Assembly: GCA_040285855.1 (NCBI GenBank)
Contig: JAUFOQ010000001.1
Coordinates: 1,860,001-1,924,000, forward strand
Source of the DNA: Eukaryota sp. GEM-RC1
Taxonomy: Eukaryota
DNA length: 64,000 nt
Direction: 5' to 3'
This document shows, piece after piece, positions 1-14,300 of the stretch. The notes under the pieces were generated by a model. The model was not told the DNA's origin and ran no database searches. It saw only the letters and a list, made by a program, of their open reading frames with translations. Made by a program: the position numbers and the translations under genes. Position 1 is the stretch's first letter. Each line of letters begins with the position of its first letter.

Positions 1-1
1 A

Positions 2-208
2 CCAATTCCTATTGAAGATGTGATTAAAGTTATGCGCCCATTTAATTATTTTACCTTTATTCGAGATGCATTTTCAACTTTATCAAAAATTAAATTCACT
101 GGAAAAGGTAAAGTAAGTAATTGTGAATTTCTTTGGGAAACAGATACTTGGCGTATTTGTACATTTAATGATGTGTTGTCAAATGAAAAATTTATCAACA
201 ATGGTTGA
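2..208 (+). CDS. 3' end of hypothetical protein (open from window start)
   Basis: Frame is open from position 2 to the stop at 208 and is followed by an AT-rich spacer; no recognisable motif. Confidence 0.4.
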   Translation, partial: PIPIEDVIKVMRPFNYFTFIRDAFSTLSKIKFTGKGKVSNCEFLWETDTWRICTFNDVLSNEKFINNG

Positions 209-237
209 ATAACATTATATTTTTTATTATATAAAAA

Positions 238-1083
238 ATGATACCAGGAAAGGTTAATACAGGTTATGTTAAATTTTTATATGATAATAATAAATTGGAA
301 AAATATTTAATCCATCTACTTATTATGAATATAAAAAGTCGAATTATCTCGAGTTGATGTAATCTTTGAAATCTTGGGAAATTTGAGAATATCAATAATT
401 GAGGAACGTTATTATGAATATTTTGCAGAAATAGTAATCATTCAATTATTAAAAGAATTCAATCTAGTATATCATCCAAAACTATTTAACCAAACAGGCA
501 ATGAAATAAAAATATTGGCGGGAGAAAAATTATTTAAAAAACCAATGGATTTATTAATTAATGCATGGTTATATGGTAGTTTTGTTCATAAAAGTTTTAC
601 CCCAAAGCAAATTAAAAACCAAAAAAACAACCAACCATTTTTCAAAATGTAATTGCATTTAAAATAAAAGATATTCCCGATTATGTAAATTTTAGATTGT
701 ATTTTATATATTTATTAAATCAATTCTGTTTCATGTATACTAGATATTTTTATGAATATTACGTAAATTCTAATGTTGAATGTTTTGATGAAATATATTT
801 TTGGAAAGATTATCTTATTGTTGGAATAAAATCAAATCCACATAAATTAAATAAATTAGAAAAATTATTACCTTATTATGGTCGTGAATATAACGATCCA
901 AAAATTAGAAAGATTGAAGGAATAAACGCTTATATATTACCTGAAACAAATTCCAATGATAATAAATTACAATATAAAGATGATCGTAATAAAATATATA
1001 ATTTAATCCTGAACAATATATTAGAAGATTCCGTGGTTTATTATAGACATTCTACTAATTTTATTTTTACTGAAAAAATGTAA
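238..1083 (+). CDS. hypothetical protein (frameshifted; includes ORFs 374-652 and 697-1083)
   Basis: ATG at 238 after an A-run; consecutive same-strand ORF fragments with no intergenic spacer. Confidence 0.4.
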
Positions 1084-1094
1084 GTGATTATATA

Positions 1095-1631
1095 ATGACA
1101 ATGGTTTTTAATAAACCTACAATTTCTTATATGAGTAATAAAAATAATACATTACATTTCTTTGAACATATATGGGCATCGAGCATGGTATGTAAAGGAT
1201 ACATGATTCGTGAAGCTTGGACCAATGATGTTGGTCAATGTTCGTGTACTGTTCTATGTGAAACGGTTAATGATTTAATTGAAATTTTAAATCATACAAT
1301 GAGAGTAGTAAATGGAAAAGAAAATGAGTTTTTGAAAACTATACATGCCGTAGAAACAAATAGAATAAAAAGTGAAATGAATACTTTTCAAAATGATAAT
1401 CGACCAAATATTTCATTTGCCTTTGGGTATCATACAGATACTGATTTAAAATATACTTTAAAATATGTAAAAGATTGCGAATTTGGAATACATGTATTGG
1501 GACGACGTGATAGTGACTATGATAAATTATCAGACATATTAAATAAACACAAAGTAAGTGAACCTTCATATGGTACGGAAATGCCAAAAATATTCCCGTA
1601 TATTTATCAACTAATGAGAAATATAAATTAA
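1095..1631 (+). CDS. hypothetical protein, 178 aa
   Basis: Intact ORF with globular-looking composition; no family recognised. Confidence 0.6.
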   Translation: MTMVFNKPTISYMSNKNNTLHFFEHIWASSMVCKGYMIREAWTNDVGQCSCTVLCETVNDLIEILNHTMRVVNGKENEFLKTIHAVETNRIKSEMNTFQNDNRPNISFAFGYHTDTDLKYTLKYVKDCEFGIHVLGRRDSDYDKLSDILNKHKVSEPSYGTEMPKIFPYIYQLMRNIN

Positions 1632-1660
1632 ATGTAAATGAAGATACAATAATTACTTTA

Positions 1661-1918
1661 ATGGATAGACGAATAACCAATCCAATAATTGTAAATATTT
1701 TATTAAATAAATTTAAAACTAATTTTATTGGTTTTGATGATGGTAAAGCTATTATTAATGATTATGATATAAAATTTGAAGATATATTATTTGGATATCC
1801 TTCAGTAGAGGATTTGATTTTATATGAAGGAGATCTTTGGGCAGAATTAGAAGAATTAAAAGGAGATGTCGAAACTAATTTCAAAAACTTGTTGGATAAA
1901 TCTTTGAATCTAATTTAA
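1661..1918 (+). CDS. small hypothetical protein
   Basis: Intact 85-aa ORF in tandem with the upstream gene. Confidence 0.45.
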   Translation: MDRRITNPIIVNILLNKFKTNFIGFDDGKAIINDYDIKFEDILFGYPSVEDLILYEGDLWAELEELKGDVETNFKNLLDKSLNLI

Positions 1919-1934
1919 TTACAAAATGTATTTT

Positions 1935-2278
1935 TTACTCCCTTATATAAATCAGAAATATATTTACTGAGTGTTGTCGCATGCATCATTTCCCATTTCA
2001 ATGTTGTTGTTGAGATCCCATCATATATTGGAGATCCTAAAAACACGGACTTGACATGTAACGTTCATTATACATGTTTGCCACATTAGTTAATCCATTA
2101 CTACAGATTATACTAAAACCATCATTATAACTTAAATCATCTTTATTAACACTATATATATAAGGTTTTCGGAAACCCCTTCCTTTTCGTATAACGTCTA
2201 CACAAATATAAGAATCATGGGAATTGAACATCTAACATTATTTATTCTAACATATTCACCATCACAACGAATTTCCAT
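1935..2278 (-). CDS. small hypothetical protein (frameshifted)
   Basis: ATG at 2278 (MEIRCDGEY...) joins ORF 2037-2231 and a short tail through single-base shifts. Confidence 0.35.
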
Positions 2279-2355
2279 TTTTATAAAAAAAATAATTATT
2301 ATTTATTAGTTTTTATTTATTTAGTAAAAGTTAATTCTTACTTTTTTTTAAAGAT

Positions 2356-5300
2356 TTAGTTTAACAAGTTATGCTTTTTTCGATGTCGTTTCAATCCAGC
2401 ATCTAAACAACTTGCACTTAATTCGACATTATAGAATAGTGCATATATTCCACCAACTCTTATTGAATTCACATGTTTATTCCAAATAATATGATTACGT
2501 TCGAATACTTTTGTAATTCAGTTAATTGGGTTCCAGATTCATAATTTTCAATCTTCATTGATCTAAGTAGAATATTTGTCATTTGAGTATCATTAATTGC
2601 ATTATTATCATAGAAATTATTTCTAATGACAACAGATAATACAGAAGGTTCTATTTGAATTGGTGATAAATCTGATTCATTAGGTGATTCACATGCTCTA
2701 TCAGAACCAAAGCTAAGAGCACTAGTCTTATATTTTGAATCATTTAATGCATTATTTGTACCAACAACACCACCAATTATACACATTAGTTTTGCTCGTG
2801 CCTTATTTTCCAAATCAGTGTTTTTCAAATTACTATCCGGTTGATAGAAATGTGGACAAACATGATCAGATCGCATTAATATATTATTTTTCCAAAATTC
2901 TTTGGGAGGAATTATTCTTTTGCGAGTATTGAAATTAGATAGTAACATTGGAATGTAATGTTCAGATTGCTCAATTAGATTTGATCTAGTGAACATGAAA
3001 TTAAATACACCGGCAAGATATAATGTATATGGGAAATCAACAACGTTTGCGAAATGAATATGATTAAATATAAGTGTATGATATCTGAGGAAAATCATAT
3101 CCGAATAACTACTAGCAGAATAATTGACCATTCCTTCTCCCAATAAATGTTCAATTGCATTATTAATGTAATCCAAATTTCCATAATACAATCTTCGATC
3201 AATTGGTGCAGAAGATTCGATTGGTCCTGTTGCAAATTCACCTCGTAGATATCTACCAGGAGATTGTCCTGTACCATTAAAATAATTTTGTATCTCTTTT
3301 ATATATAAATGCATTAATGAATTATTACCAAATTTCATTTTATAATCAACATTTTTGATATTGGCTTCGTTTCGTAACATTCCTCCATCTAATGATTCTC
3401 GAACCACCATTGATTCTAATAAGTTGTTTAATCCTCTACCATGATATGATGGATCGGTTCCATGTATTAATTTTGGTCCGAAATTTGTTGGTTTTAAATT
3501 TTTAATATGATTTATATAATTGGGGAATAATGTATATTTTTCTGCCATTTGTCCTAAATATTTTACAATTTCATTTGTGTTTTGTGCCTTGACCAATATA
3601 TCTAATTTGTTATTATCAGATTTTACTGGTAATTTATTTGTCAACATTGATAATGGAACAGTATTTGATTTAAATATTTCATAAATCAAATCACCAACAT
3701 ACTCTTCAAGTTTATTATTCAACATTATTTTTCTATAATAAATATAAAGAGATTTTGTCATGTAATAATTATGGACTAATTCAGGATCCGTTGTTGAATT
3801 CTTATGACTTTGCATTGCAAATTCAATTGATGTCATATTATTTTTGCTAGCCATCAAACTTTTAAAAAAGTTTCCTATTGTTAATATTTCATTCAAAGTT
3901 GGATCACTAATAATTGATTCCGTTAATATATCTAAATTTTTGTCAATAGTACCACCCAATAATTGATTATCTAATGAGCTTCCTAAATAGTTTGATTTGA
4001 TATTATTTAATCCACGTGTTCTTAATTTTCCATCCATAAAATATGTTATATTATTTAGATATGTACTTGTATAATTATTATTCGTAATATCATTTTCATT
4101 TGAATAACTTCCTCCCGAAGATTCTAGAATTTGTTCATTATATATTTTTATTAATTCACTATCATTTTTGTCGGCATAACCATTAATATTAGGCACTATA
4201 TGTAAAAATATTTTGAAGAACATGCTATGAAAGTTATTTACTAAATAATAATGTATTTTTCCATTTTCTACCACTAATCCTATTATAACTCCGTCATTAT
4301 TTCTAGATAATTTTTTCTTTAAATCTTTGAGATAACTAATCATAGAATCCTCTCGATCATACATTTTTATAACATCTTGTGTATATTGATAGTATTGATT
4401 GGCTCCATCAAGCATATATACTTTAGAGGCATCAGGTTTCGTTGAATTGGAATTGATCAGTGGAACGGTTCCTTGAGCAGTTGAATTTGGTATTAAATAT
4501 TTGCGTTTATATAATAATTCAAGAACTTTTTCTGAGCGTTTATATATTTGTCATCTATTATGATATTGAGAATACTAGTATTATCTATGCTATATTTTGA
4601 TTAATTTCATTAACCTCGAAAGGTGACTCATTATTTATTAGTTTTTCCTGTTCATATGAACTTGATTTTTTATTATAATCTCAGGCGATACTATATTAAT
4701 GTTGTATAATGAGTCAATTGTTTGATTATTAGATAATATTAGTTTTTATTATTAGTAAATAATTCTTGTCTTCCTTCTGATAATAACTTATATATAAAAC
4801 GATATTCTTCATCAATAGAAAAACCAAAGGCGGTATTAAAAGTGAGTATCATCTGTTTCAATTTCGCAATTTCCTCAGTGCTATCAAGATTAACATTTAT
4901 TAATTTATTTTTTAACATTTGATTTAAATAACTCATTTATATCTTTTTCATTAGATCTCGGGATAGTTTAACAAGTATCATCAATGCATCATCATTTTCA
5001 TTTTGCATTGTATCTAAATCTACATCAAGTTTAAGATATTCTGAAGTTATATTATATTCTTCGGTTTTAAGTGTATCGATTACATTTGTATGTGCGTTAG
5101 TCATGTTATTAAAAATCGTTATCGTATTATCATAATTAGATGGTATATCATTAAATAATAGTTTAAATAATTTAATATTTTCATTAGCATTAATAAAATT
5201 AAAACATGTTTTCATATATTCTAAAGGCTCCTCTTGACGAATACATTTATCAGCAATTACTTTAAATATTGGATAACCTGAAATAATAATATCATATGTT

Positions 5301-8300
5301 TTAAAGATGTTAATAAATGATTCATATGTAGTTTGATCAATTTTATTATTATCTTTTATCAAATCTAATAATGCATGATTCACCGCATCATATACCTCAG
5401 TATATTTCGTCACCGATTCTTCATCAAATTGATTCACTGCACCTCCGTCAACCTCGTCAAGATAGAATTTAAATAAATTTTCAATGGCCGCCTTTTGTTT
5501 AGATCCATATCATTATGATCCTTGGTATTCCATGCTGCAATTGCATCCTTGAATTTTTACCTAATAGATTGTCTGCATCCTGGTCATTATCTGCTGTCAA
5601 TTCAATATACCCATGTTCAAATATTTTTTGATATATAGACATATTATAGTTTTTATACTAGCAATATACTTAGACTCTTGGTATTCTTTATATACTTCTT
5701 CCTCGTCCTCGTCGGAATGATTATCCATAATATTTTTTATATGACTATCAAAATAAGTATATAAAATTTCATCTAAACTTTCCTTTATAGAAGCTGGATC
5801 CTCTGGTTCTTTTAATAAAAGCAAATTTTTGTTTTCAATCGGCTTACCAAATATTTTTAGATATTTTGCAATAATATCCTTAAACAAAGTAGTTAGATCA
5901 CTGATATATACATGATTAGTAATATCATTAGTTTTTATAATTTCATCGAAATCCATAATGATCTTATTTTCTATAGTCACAAGGTTGATATTTTTATATA
6001 GATGCTCATTAATTTCCTTAGTGATATTGGCTGTTCTTACAGCTTTATCAGTATTTTTAGTCTCAGGATTTTTAACCTTATCATCATACATTTTTTTAGA
6101 TCATTGGTTAACTTGCCAAAGGTGTAAATCACAACAGTATCCTCATTCGATTTAAATTTAACCGAAAATATATCATCTAAAACATCAATATTAGTAATCC
6201 ATCCATGATGCATTGGTGTAATATAATCAGAAAATGCTGTTAAATCAAATTCACGGTTCTTAAGACAATGTATTTTATGTATTAATTTTTTAATGGGACC
6301 AATACATGAAATAAATTCTTTATATGTATAAGAATGATAGTTTTCTTCAAGTTTAGCTATAAATAAATCTCGCAAATGAGATAATTTAAAATATAAACTA
6401 ATATGTACATAATCATCTGTCATCATCCTTAAAAATTCACCTTCACTACCTAGGTTCGAAGACTGGTATTTTGCTTTCACATCAGTTATTGGATGTTTAG
6501 TATAATTATCATTAATTGATTTAGAGTTATCTAAAGAGTAAACCACGTCATCTTTTCCCTCACTAAGAACAATTGAACGATTTTTATATATCACTCTATG
6601 TATTTTATCTGGTGATTTTACGAAGTTAATTTTACCATCATCCTGGATAGCCGCATTAATTGATGGTATATCATCTAAAAGGAAGTTTGAAATATTAGAA
6701 AGATCTTTAATGTCATCCTTAGCTATCTCAGTTTTCTTCAAACCTTCATCTAAAAACTCATCAATAAATGCATTAATATAACTTATATCATCTAATTGAT
6801 GTACCATAATATCATCTATAGTTAACCAACCATTAAATGACATTAAATATTTTAACAACATAATACAGTTATAAGCGGTTTTATATTGCCCCTCAAAAAT
6901 CACTCCCACGTTTAATCCATTTAGTAATTGGTTTTGTTACTTTTGAAACCATACCAAAAGACTACGTACAATTCCCGTATTAGTTTTTTTATAATCCTGT
7001 GTGTCGACAAATGGTTCTATTACAGTCAATATATCTGTACATGAATCTTCAACCATACTTACTAATAAATTATATTTATCAAGTAACAATTTACTCAAAT
7101 GATATTCCTGTTGATTTATTATTTGATAATCCTTAGCAGCTACAGGTATGACTATAGTATTTAACAGATTAAATCCCTTACATAAATCTACCATTATCGA
7201 ATCAACATCGTCGGCACCTTTATTTGTTATTCCAGTATCCAAAACAATATTTAATGCATTAATCCCAGCAGCAGTTATTAAATTTATTATATATTTATCG
7301 AATAGTTCTGTTATTGGTTTTAAATATTTATAATATTTTTCCCGACATATATCAACATAATGTTTATAAAAGGATCAGTTCGAATAACTTTTGTATCAAT
7401 ACATGAGGCAAGCGCCATTTCAATTGCTAGCATGGTTTCTTTTGCCTCAATCATTAATCCTCTAGTATTACCTAATGATGTTGTATATAAATAATGATAT
7501 AAATGTATTATATCCTGGTCTTTCGTATATTCGGTTAACAAATTAATATATGAATTATATTTTCCCATGTTTAATGACCTTTTAACTGGGGTGGCATTAT
7601 CACTTCCTTTGAGTTCGATAATGACATCACCACTTTGTACTACTAACTCATTAAATAATAATTGATGGAGGATTTTAATAGAATCCTGTAAATTGATTAA
7701 GTGCGATTCTTCTTTATCTGAAGATTGTTCTTTTGGAAATGATATTTTCATGTTCAAAGAGTAGTAATTTCACTATTATTATGTGTAACTAGCGTTGTCG
7801 CTGTGTCTTTTATTAACTCGTCAATCGTTTTTCTTCAAACCTAGTTATTTCGTCTGTATTCGAAACAGTTTGTTCTTGATCTGTCTCGTTTTTAATTTAA
7901 TATTTATTTGGTTTTCATGAGATGTAATCAGCTCATTATAGTTAATATTTTCATATTTAGCAATTACTACATTTAATATCTTGGATAGAGCTTCATGACC
8001 ATTAGTATCATTTTTACTTAAATTTTTTGAATTTTTATTAATGATTCAAGGAACTTCATTAAATCAGTTCCTTTGGCTGTTTCAACAGAATCTCTTAGAG
8101 CGTCTGCTTCTGATGTTAGTCTTTTAAATTCTTTTTGGTTGTTTTATTTTTTACATTTCGTGAATACATCCAAGTAGTAAAACCAAGGAAGAGTAAAGCT
8201 AATAAATACCAATAAAAATTTGTATTTTTGCACCATTCATGAACACCCTGTAAGTTGATTAAATATTTAATAACATTTTTAGCCCATACCAATACTTTAG

Positions 8301-11300
8301 CTCCTCCCCATCGTAGAAGATGACAAAACTTCTCAATTTTATTCTTATGTTCTACTGCATTAAAATCTGCCCAGGAGGTTTGGTCATTACCGAGAAGATT
8401 TAATATGTAATGATACTGTGTACTTAGTACTGTTCCAAATGTGGAAGATGATGACATTATGCCAGTTGTTTTTAATACTTTAATTATAGTTTTATCAAGA
8501 AGATATCCAACAAATTTAGGATACCCGAAAACAACCATAGCTCCGATTCCCATGACACCCACTGAACCAGTTGCTATACTTGAAATAATTGTAAGCCATT
8601 TAACCGTAAACCATGTTACCTTTAGTCCCTTCCTTAGAACTCTCCATAATATATTAGGTTTTTTTACATCGTCTTCAGTATCTCCATATGCTGTAGCTAT
8701 CTTATTTGCGATACTACCCAAATTGCCTGATATTAACGTTTCTGATTTATTAACTTTTTCTAAATTATTTCGGATTTTGATAATGTCTTTTATTTGTGAT
8801 TTTGTTTTTATAAAAATTTATTTTTAAGTCATTCGATTTAACTAATTCATTCAATTTTGATTCAGTATCATTAGTACTTCCACCAAATAAAACATTATAA
8901 CTACTCCCTTTACCAACAATATAATTTAATCCCCTACCATGTGTTCCCAAAGGTCTAATTGGATTATTCTCGTTTATTGACCTAATAATATATTTTGATA
9001 TTTTTCTGATATATTAACAAATGGTTTATATATATCTGGATTCTTTTAATTGTATCAATTGCTCCAAGGGTTGATCCAACCAAATCTGCACTAAACGGAC
9101 TATAACCAGAATTAGTAGAATGATCCAAAAATTGATAAATTGTATATAAATTATCAAATATATTCCACATATTATTATAAGTTTTATGTAACATTGTATT
9201 GCTACTAATACTATTTAAAATCTCAGTGATCTCATTATCTTTGGTAGTTACCATTGCATATTTATATTCATTATGATAAGATGATATATCTAATAAATGA
9301 TTATTCGTCTGGTAATCTTCTTCATTATATATATTTGCAACATCACAAATTTTATTTAAAGTGTGTGTTCGTAATTTATTAACATATTCCATAATGTCCA
9401 TATTTTCATAATTGATACCCATTTCAGAATTTAATGTTTTTATATTTAATGTAACATAAGACGCTAAAACATAATTATCATTCTCACCTTCATACCAATC
9501 GTAATATATATAATTTGATAAATTTAGATCATCATTATGTTGATGTACGTTTCCATTTTTAATTAATGTATTATATTTTTTAATAAATGCTAATCTGTCA
9601 ATTCTAGGTGTGCTTTTATAAGAAGAATCATTTAGATCATAATATATAACAGACTTATTATAATTTTCAATGATTTGTATTTTATTAGAATCGCACACAT
9701 CACTAGTATTAAGTATCAAATACTCACTACGTTCACTTGATTTTTGGAAGAGAATTTATTGAGTAATGGATACATTGAATTTGCACCACCCAAATAATCA
9801 TAATTGCGACTAATTATATTACTAGCACCTGCATGTATATGTTGTTTTCCTATCGTTATTAACTCATCAAGATTATATCTAGGACCAAGTTCATTAAGTC
9901 TTATGGATAATTTATAAGAATCACCATTAATTTTTAATGCATTATTATTATTGTCAAGAATTTTTTGATCTATCTGTGTTTCATAATTCCATCCATGATA
10001 CAATGGATATTTACGCAAATCTTGAATATTTAAATATGTTTCTGCAAGTTTCTTATTTTTCAAAAATCTACTAATACCATACAATAATGGAGCAATTCCC
10101 ATAACTCTACCAATCAATCCAAATACATAATCATGTACAAACTTTTTTTGCGTATCATTATATCTAAATATCGACATTATCTTATCTAAAGACCCCCATT
10201 AGATAAAACCTCTACAACATAATCAATAAAATCTTTTTGTAATGTTGTAATAATATTAAGGTTGATCGTATGTGTGTTTGTAATATTTGATGAAAGGAAA
10301 ACATTTTCAAATCGATTCGATAGCAATGAACTATCGACCTTAAGTTTATCTCCAGAAAAGACTAAACCCGAAGTTTTATTTAATCTACGCAATTCGTCCA
10401 ATAATTCATCATAAATATTTTTGATAGAAATTGGTAAATTGTTAATTTTGCATGACTTGTAATTAATTTAATAATCGGATATAATCCAAACAGAGTCTTT
10501 GTTGTAGGTTTATTCTCATATATTAAGGATACGATTTCAACAAATGAATTTTGTATTAAATCAGAATAAATAAAATCGTCAAGTTCTTTTGATGGGAATG
10601 GTGGGGTCATGTAATGATAAGGATCCTTATGTGTTACACATTTAGTAATCTCTACTCCTGTAGTGAATTTATCCGAAAATTCTTTTGGATATCCTTCAAA
10701 GACATCATATGTTTGAGAATTACATTTAAATAATACATTTAAATCACCTTCTCTAATTATAATGTCTTTACTTAAAAATGCATAATATCCGGTACCATAA
10801 CAGATCCAAGAAATATTCCAAGAGGGGTGTATTTAAATTCATCGATATTTGATATTTTTATTTGGTCTGTAATGATTCCACTAAACAAATTATAAACGTT
10901 TTGAAATGGTTCTGAATTTTTCCATATGCATTTAATAATATTAGTAATCGATGGAATTCATGAAACAAAAACGAAGCAAATTTTGGTTACTGCCACTTGT
11001 ATTAATATTTAATAATAGATCAATCATTCTTTCATTATCAATTTCTTCTAAAATTACATCACTCGAATTAATGATACGCATATTATTATAAATATCCTTG
11101 TAAATTGCAGTGGTTAAAAGTCTATTATTAGTTTGTTCATGTTGGTTCTTATTCAAATGTTCTTTAATTGATTCAATAATTGATTGTTGATATCTACCAT
11201 ATTGAGTTAATGCACCACCTGTAGTTTCCTTCTTTTTGGTACCACCCAAAATAGAAGTCTTAATAACAGGATCTAAATATAATGAACCCATTGAAACATG

Positions 11301-14300
11301 ACGTAACATTACTAGAGTATTATAAACTTGATCTTCATAATCAATAATTCTCAATGATAGAACTTGTTCTAATTGTTTTCTCAATGATTCAGAAAACAAC
11401 ATTAATTTAGACACTTGTTGTTTATTAGGACCCTTAACATGTTTGGTTGCATAAAGAGGATGTAAAGAAAGATTTGTATCATAATTATTGAGTTGAATTT
11501 TTGACAAATCATTTTCAGATAACTCATATAAATTACCAGTTGCTTTTTGTGGATTAGATGTATATGCCAAATTCATAATAGTCATTGGCAATAATTCATA
11601 TATTGGATAATACGCGATTGAATCATTATATTTACCATCGACATATATTCCATTATTAACAAAGTCACCAGGATAAAATTGACACCAATATAATGGATTT
11701 GCTCCACTTCCTGAAATATCACGTTCTAATCTACTTGACACCATTGTCATTGTATTATATAAACTTGTGAATGCCATTTTATATGCTTGATGATTCCTAT
11801 TCAATGAAATATAATTATCTTGTAAATCTTGAGACAAATCGCGGATAGATTTATCAGCACGAGTATGCTCAATCATTATTCCCAACCAATTGATAATTGG
11901 TGCAAATTTATTGCCAAATTCATGATCAAACCTTTTCTGTATTAGATGCATTAAACACACTTTGTTTATGACCGTATTGAATTGTTTGATTGATTGCATT
12001 AATCAAGTCTTGTGAATTTGGTGTTTCTAAATTCATTAATATTTGTGTTAATGGTTCAGCAAATTCATCATATGGCATCTTAATCAACCTATCAGTGTTG
12101 TTGAGTTTAATATTAGATCGATGTGACATTTTAGTCAAAACGTGAATAAGGTATGTTGCGAAAAACTAGAACTAGTCGAATTAGTCAAGAAACTAACTCC
12201 AGTTAAATCATTCTTACTAACTAATCCATCATCGGATACAAATTTGTGAACACAACAATAAAAATATAATGGTAAATCCTGATTATTATCTATTTTTCCT
12301 GTTTTGACATATTCACCAAATCCAGTTAATCCATTATCCCAATGTTTTGGATCAAAACAAATAAATCAGGAAGACAACACTCATTATAATATGCCACTTC
12401 ATCTTGAAACTTTTTAATCTCATCACTCATGGGAACATAAAATTTACACCGAATATCAGATACACCATATGTGAATACTTCTTCACGTTCACCATGAGTA
12501 ACAATTTTAATATTAACTAATTCTCCTGGAATTGTAGAAACAAGACGTCTGAAATTACGAAGACCTTCTTCAATAGAAGTTTTCCTTTCCAAAACGGAAG
12601 GATCCGAAAGACGACCTAAACGTGATACCAATTCCTTATAAATGGATTCAATATTCGTTAACTCATTAACAATAAAGGTTTTAATATCAGATCTATCAAT
12701 CGTCCAAACATTGTTTTGTAATCTAATAGAAGTTTTACTGATAAACATTGGGGGGATTCCCATATACATGGACTTACCCATAGTGACATATTTACCCACG
12801 GGCAATTGATAGAATAATTTATTAGCCTTACCATAGTCATCCACTTGGAAAATTCTCAATGGGAATGTATCATAAAATACAGAAATTAAAAGTTTAAGAC
12901 GAGTTGCAACAAGTTCAATCAATGCAAACATTTTCAAAAGGTTCCTTCATCATATTTGGAATCTTGGGAAACTAATTCTTGTAAAGGGTGAGTTTTTCCT
13001 GGTTGGAAACAGCTCCGTTAAAAGTCTTTTCTACATCAGCTCTATAATGATCACAATGAGCATCCAATTCATTTAAATTTCTAATGGATGTCTTGGTATT
13101 AATAGTTGCAAGAGATTCTTGAATTAGATAGTTTACAACATCTCGTTTTACTGAATTAGTCAAGTTTTCACGTTCAATGCCACTAATATTGAAAAAGTCA
13201 ATATCAGCTTCACCAAATTCCAAATGAGATTTAAACTTATCTTTACTAATAATAACAATAGATAATGCAACTTCTTGAGCTAATATTTTTGAAATACTTT
13301 TGGCCAAATTATGGGATGGTGCCAAATTTGCCAATACATTAACAACTCTTACAATATTTAATGACAAATCTCGTGAATTTGCATTTTCATAATTATTAGA
13401 TTTCAAATTCCTGTAAGCAATAGCAAATGGCTTTCCGAAAATAGATGCAGCGGAAGGTCTAATAATTGCCATTAGTTTAGAATCTTTATCAAACTGTTTA
13501 TCCAGACTAAAATCATTTGCATAATATTTTTTTATATGTGATCGTGACCATTCTATTGATTGTTGTAATCGCTAATTGATATGCCTCTGCATATTTATCA
13601 TAAATTTGAGTATCACCAATATTTAATAATTCATCCAAAAATCAACCTTTGTTCTAGCTGCATCACCACCAAGCATTCTTGTAAATACTGGAATTGCATC
13701 AGGATCATTAGTATAAGTACCATAATGTGAATGACCAATTAACAATAATGCATTACCTGCTTTCAATGCATCCATTAAAAACATTATTGGTGAACTAGTT
13801 TGATAATTTCGAACGTTAATATCAAGTCCAAAAACTTCTGGCATGGTAATATCATAATTCATAAAACCATCAGAGCCTTGAGTATAATCTACAGTAAATT
13901 TATATAGTACATGTTTGTTGTTTACATCTGTATTTGAACCAAAATCATAACTCAAAGTAAAGGGAAAATCTTGTCATCATGAACAATACCTTGAATAGCT
14001 TTACCATCCTTTGCAAAGATACCTGATGTGGTTTTGAATTAATCTCACGAATAGAACCAATGTTATCCAAGATTGAACCCATGATGGGAACATTTTCACC
14101 AACTCCTAAAAGATATGCAGAAATCTTATTAAGGAAACCCTTTTCATCATCACTCATAATTTCAGGAACATATGGTTTAATCATGGATAATGTGATACTT
14201 GCTTTTGCAACAGATGCTAGATTATCAGCCATACCATGAACACCAAACTGCGAGCAAAATACATCAATCTTATCCAAATATTCTTGTACCCTCAAAATCA

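Noticed and set aside
8671..8688. YGDT(EDD) resembling the PolB motif C, suggesting a split polymerase
   Set aside because: It lies in a membrane-type segment without other polymerase motifs; PolB has its own INTDS in the expected position.
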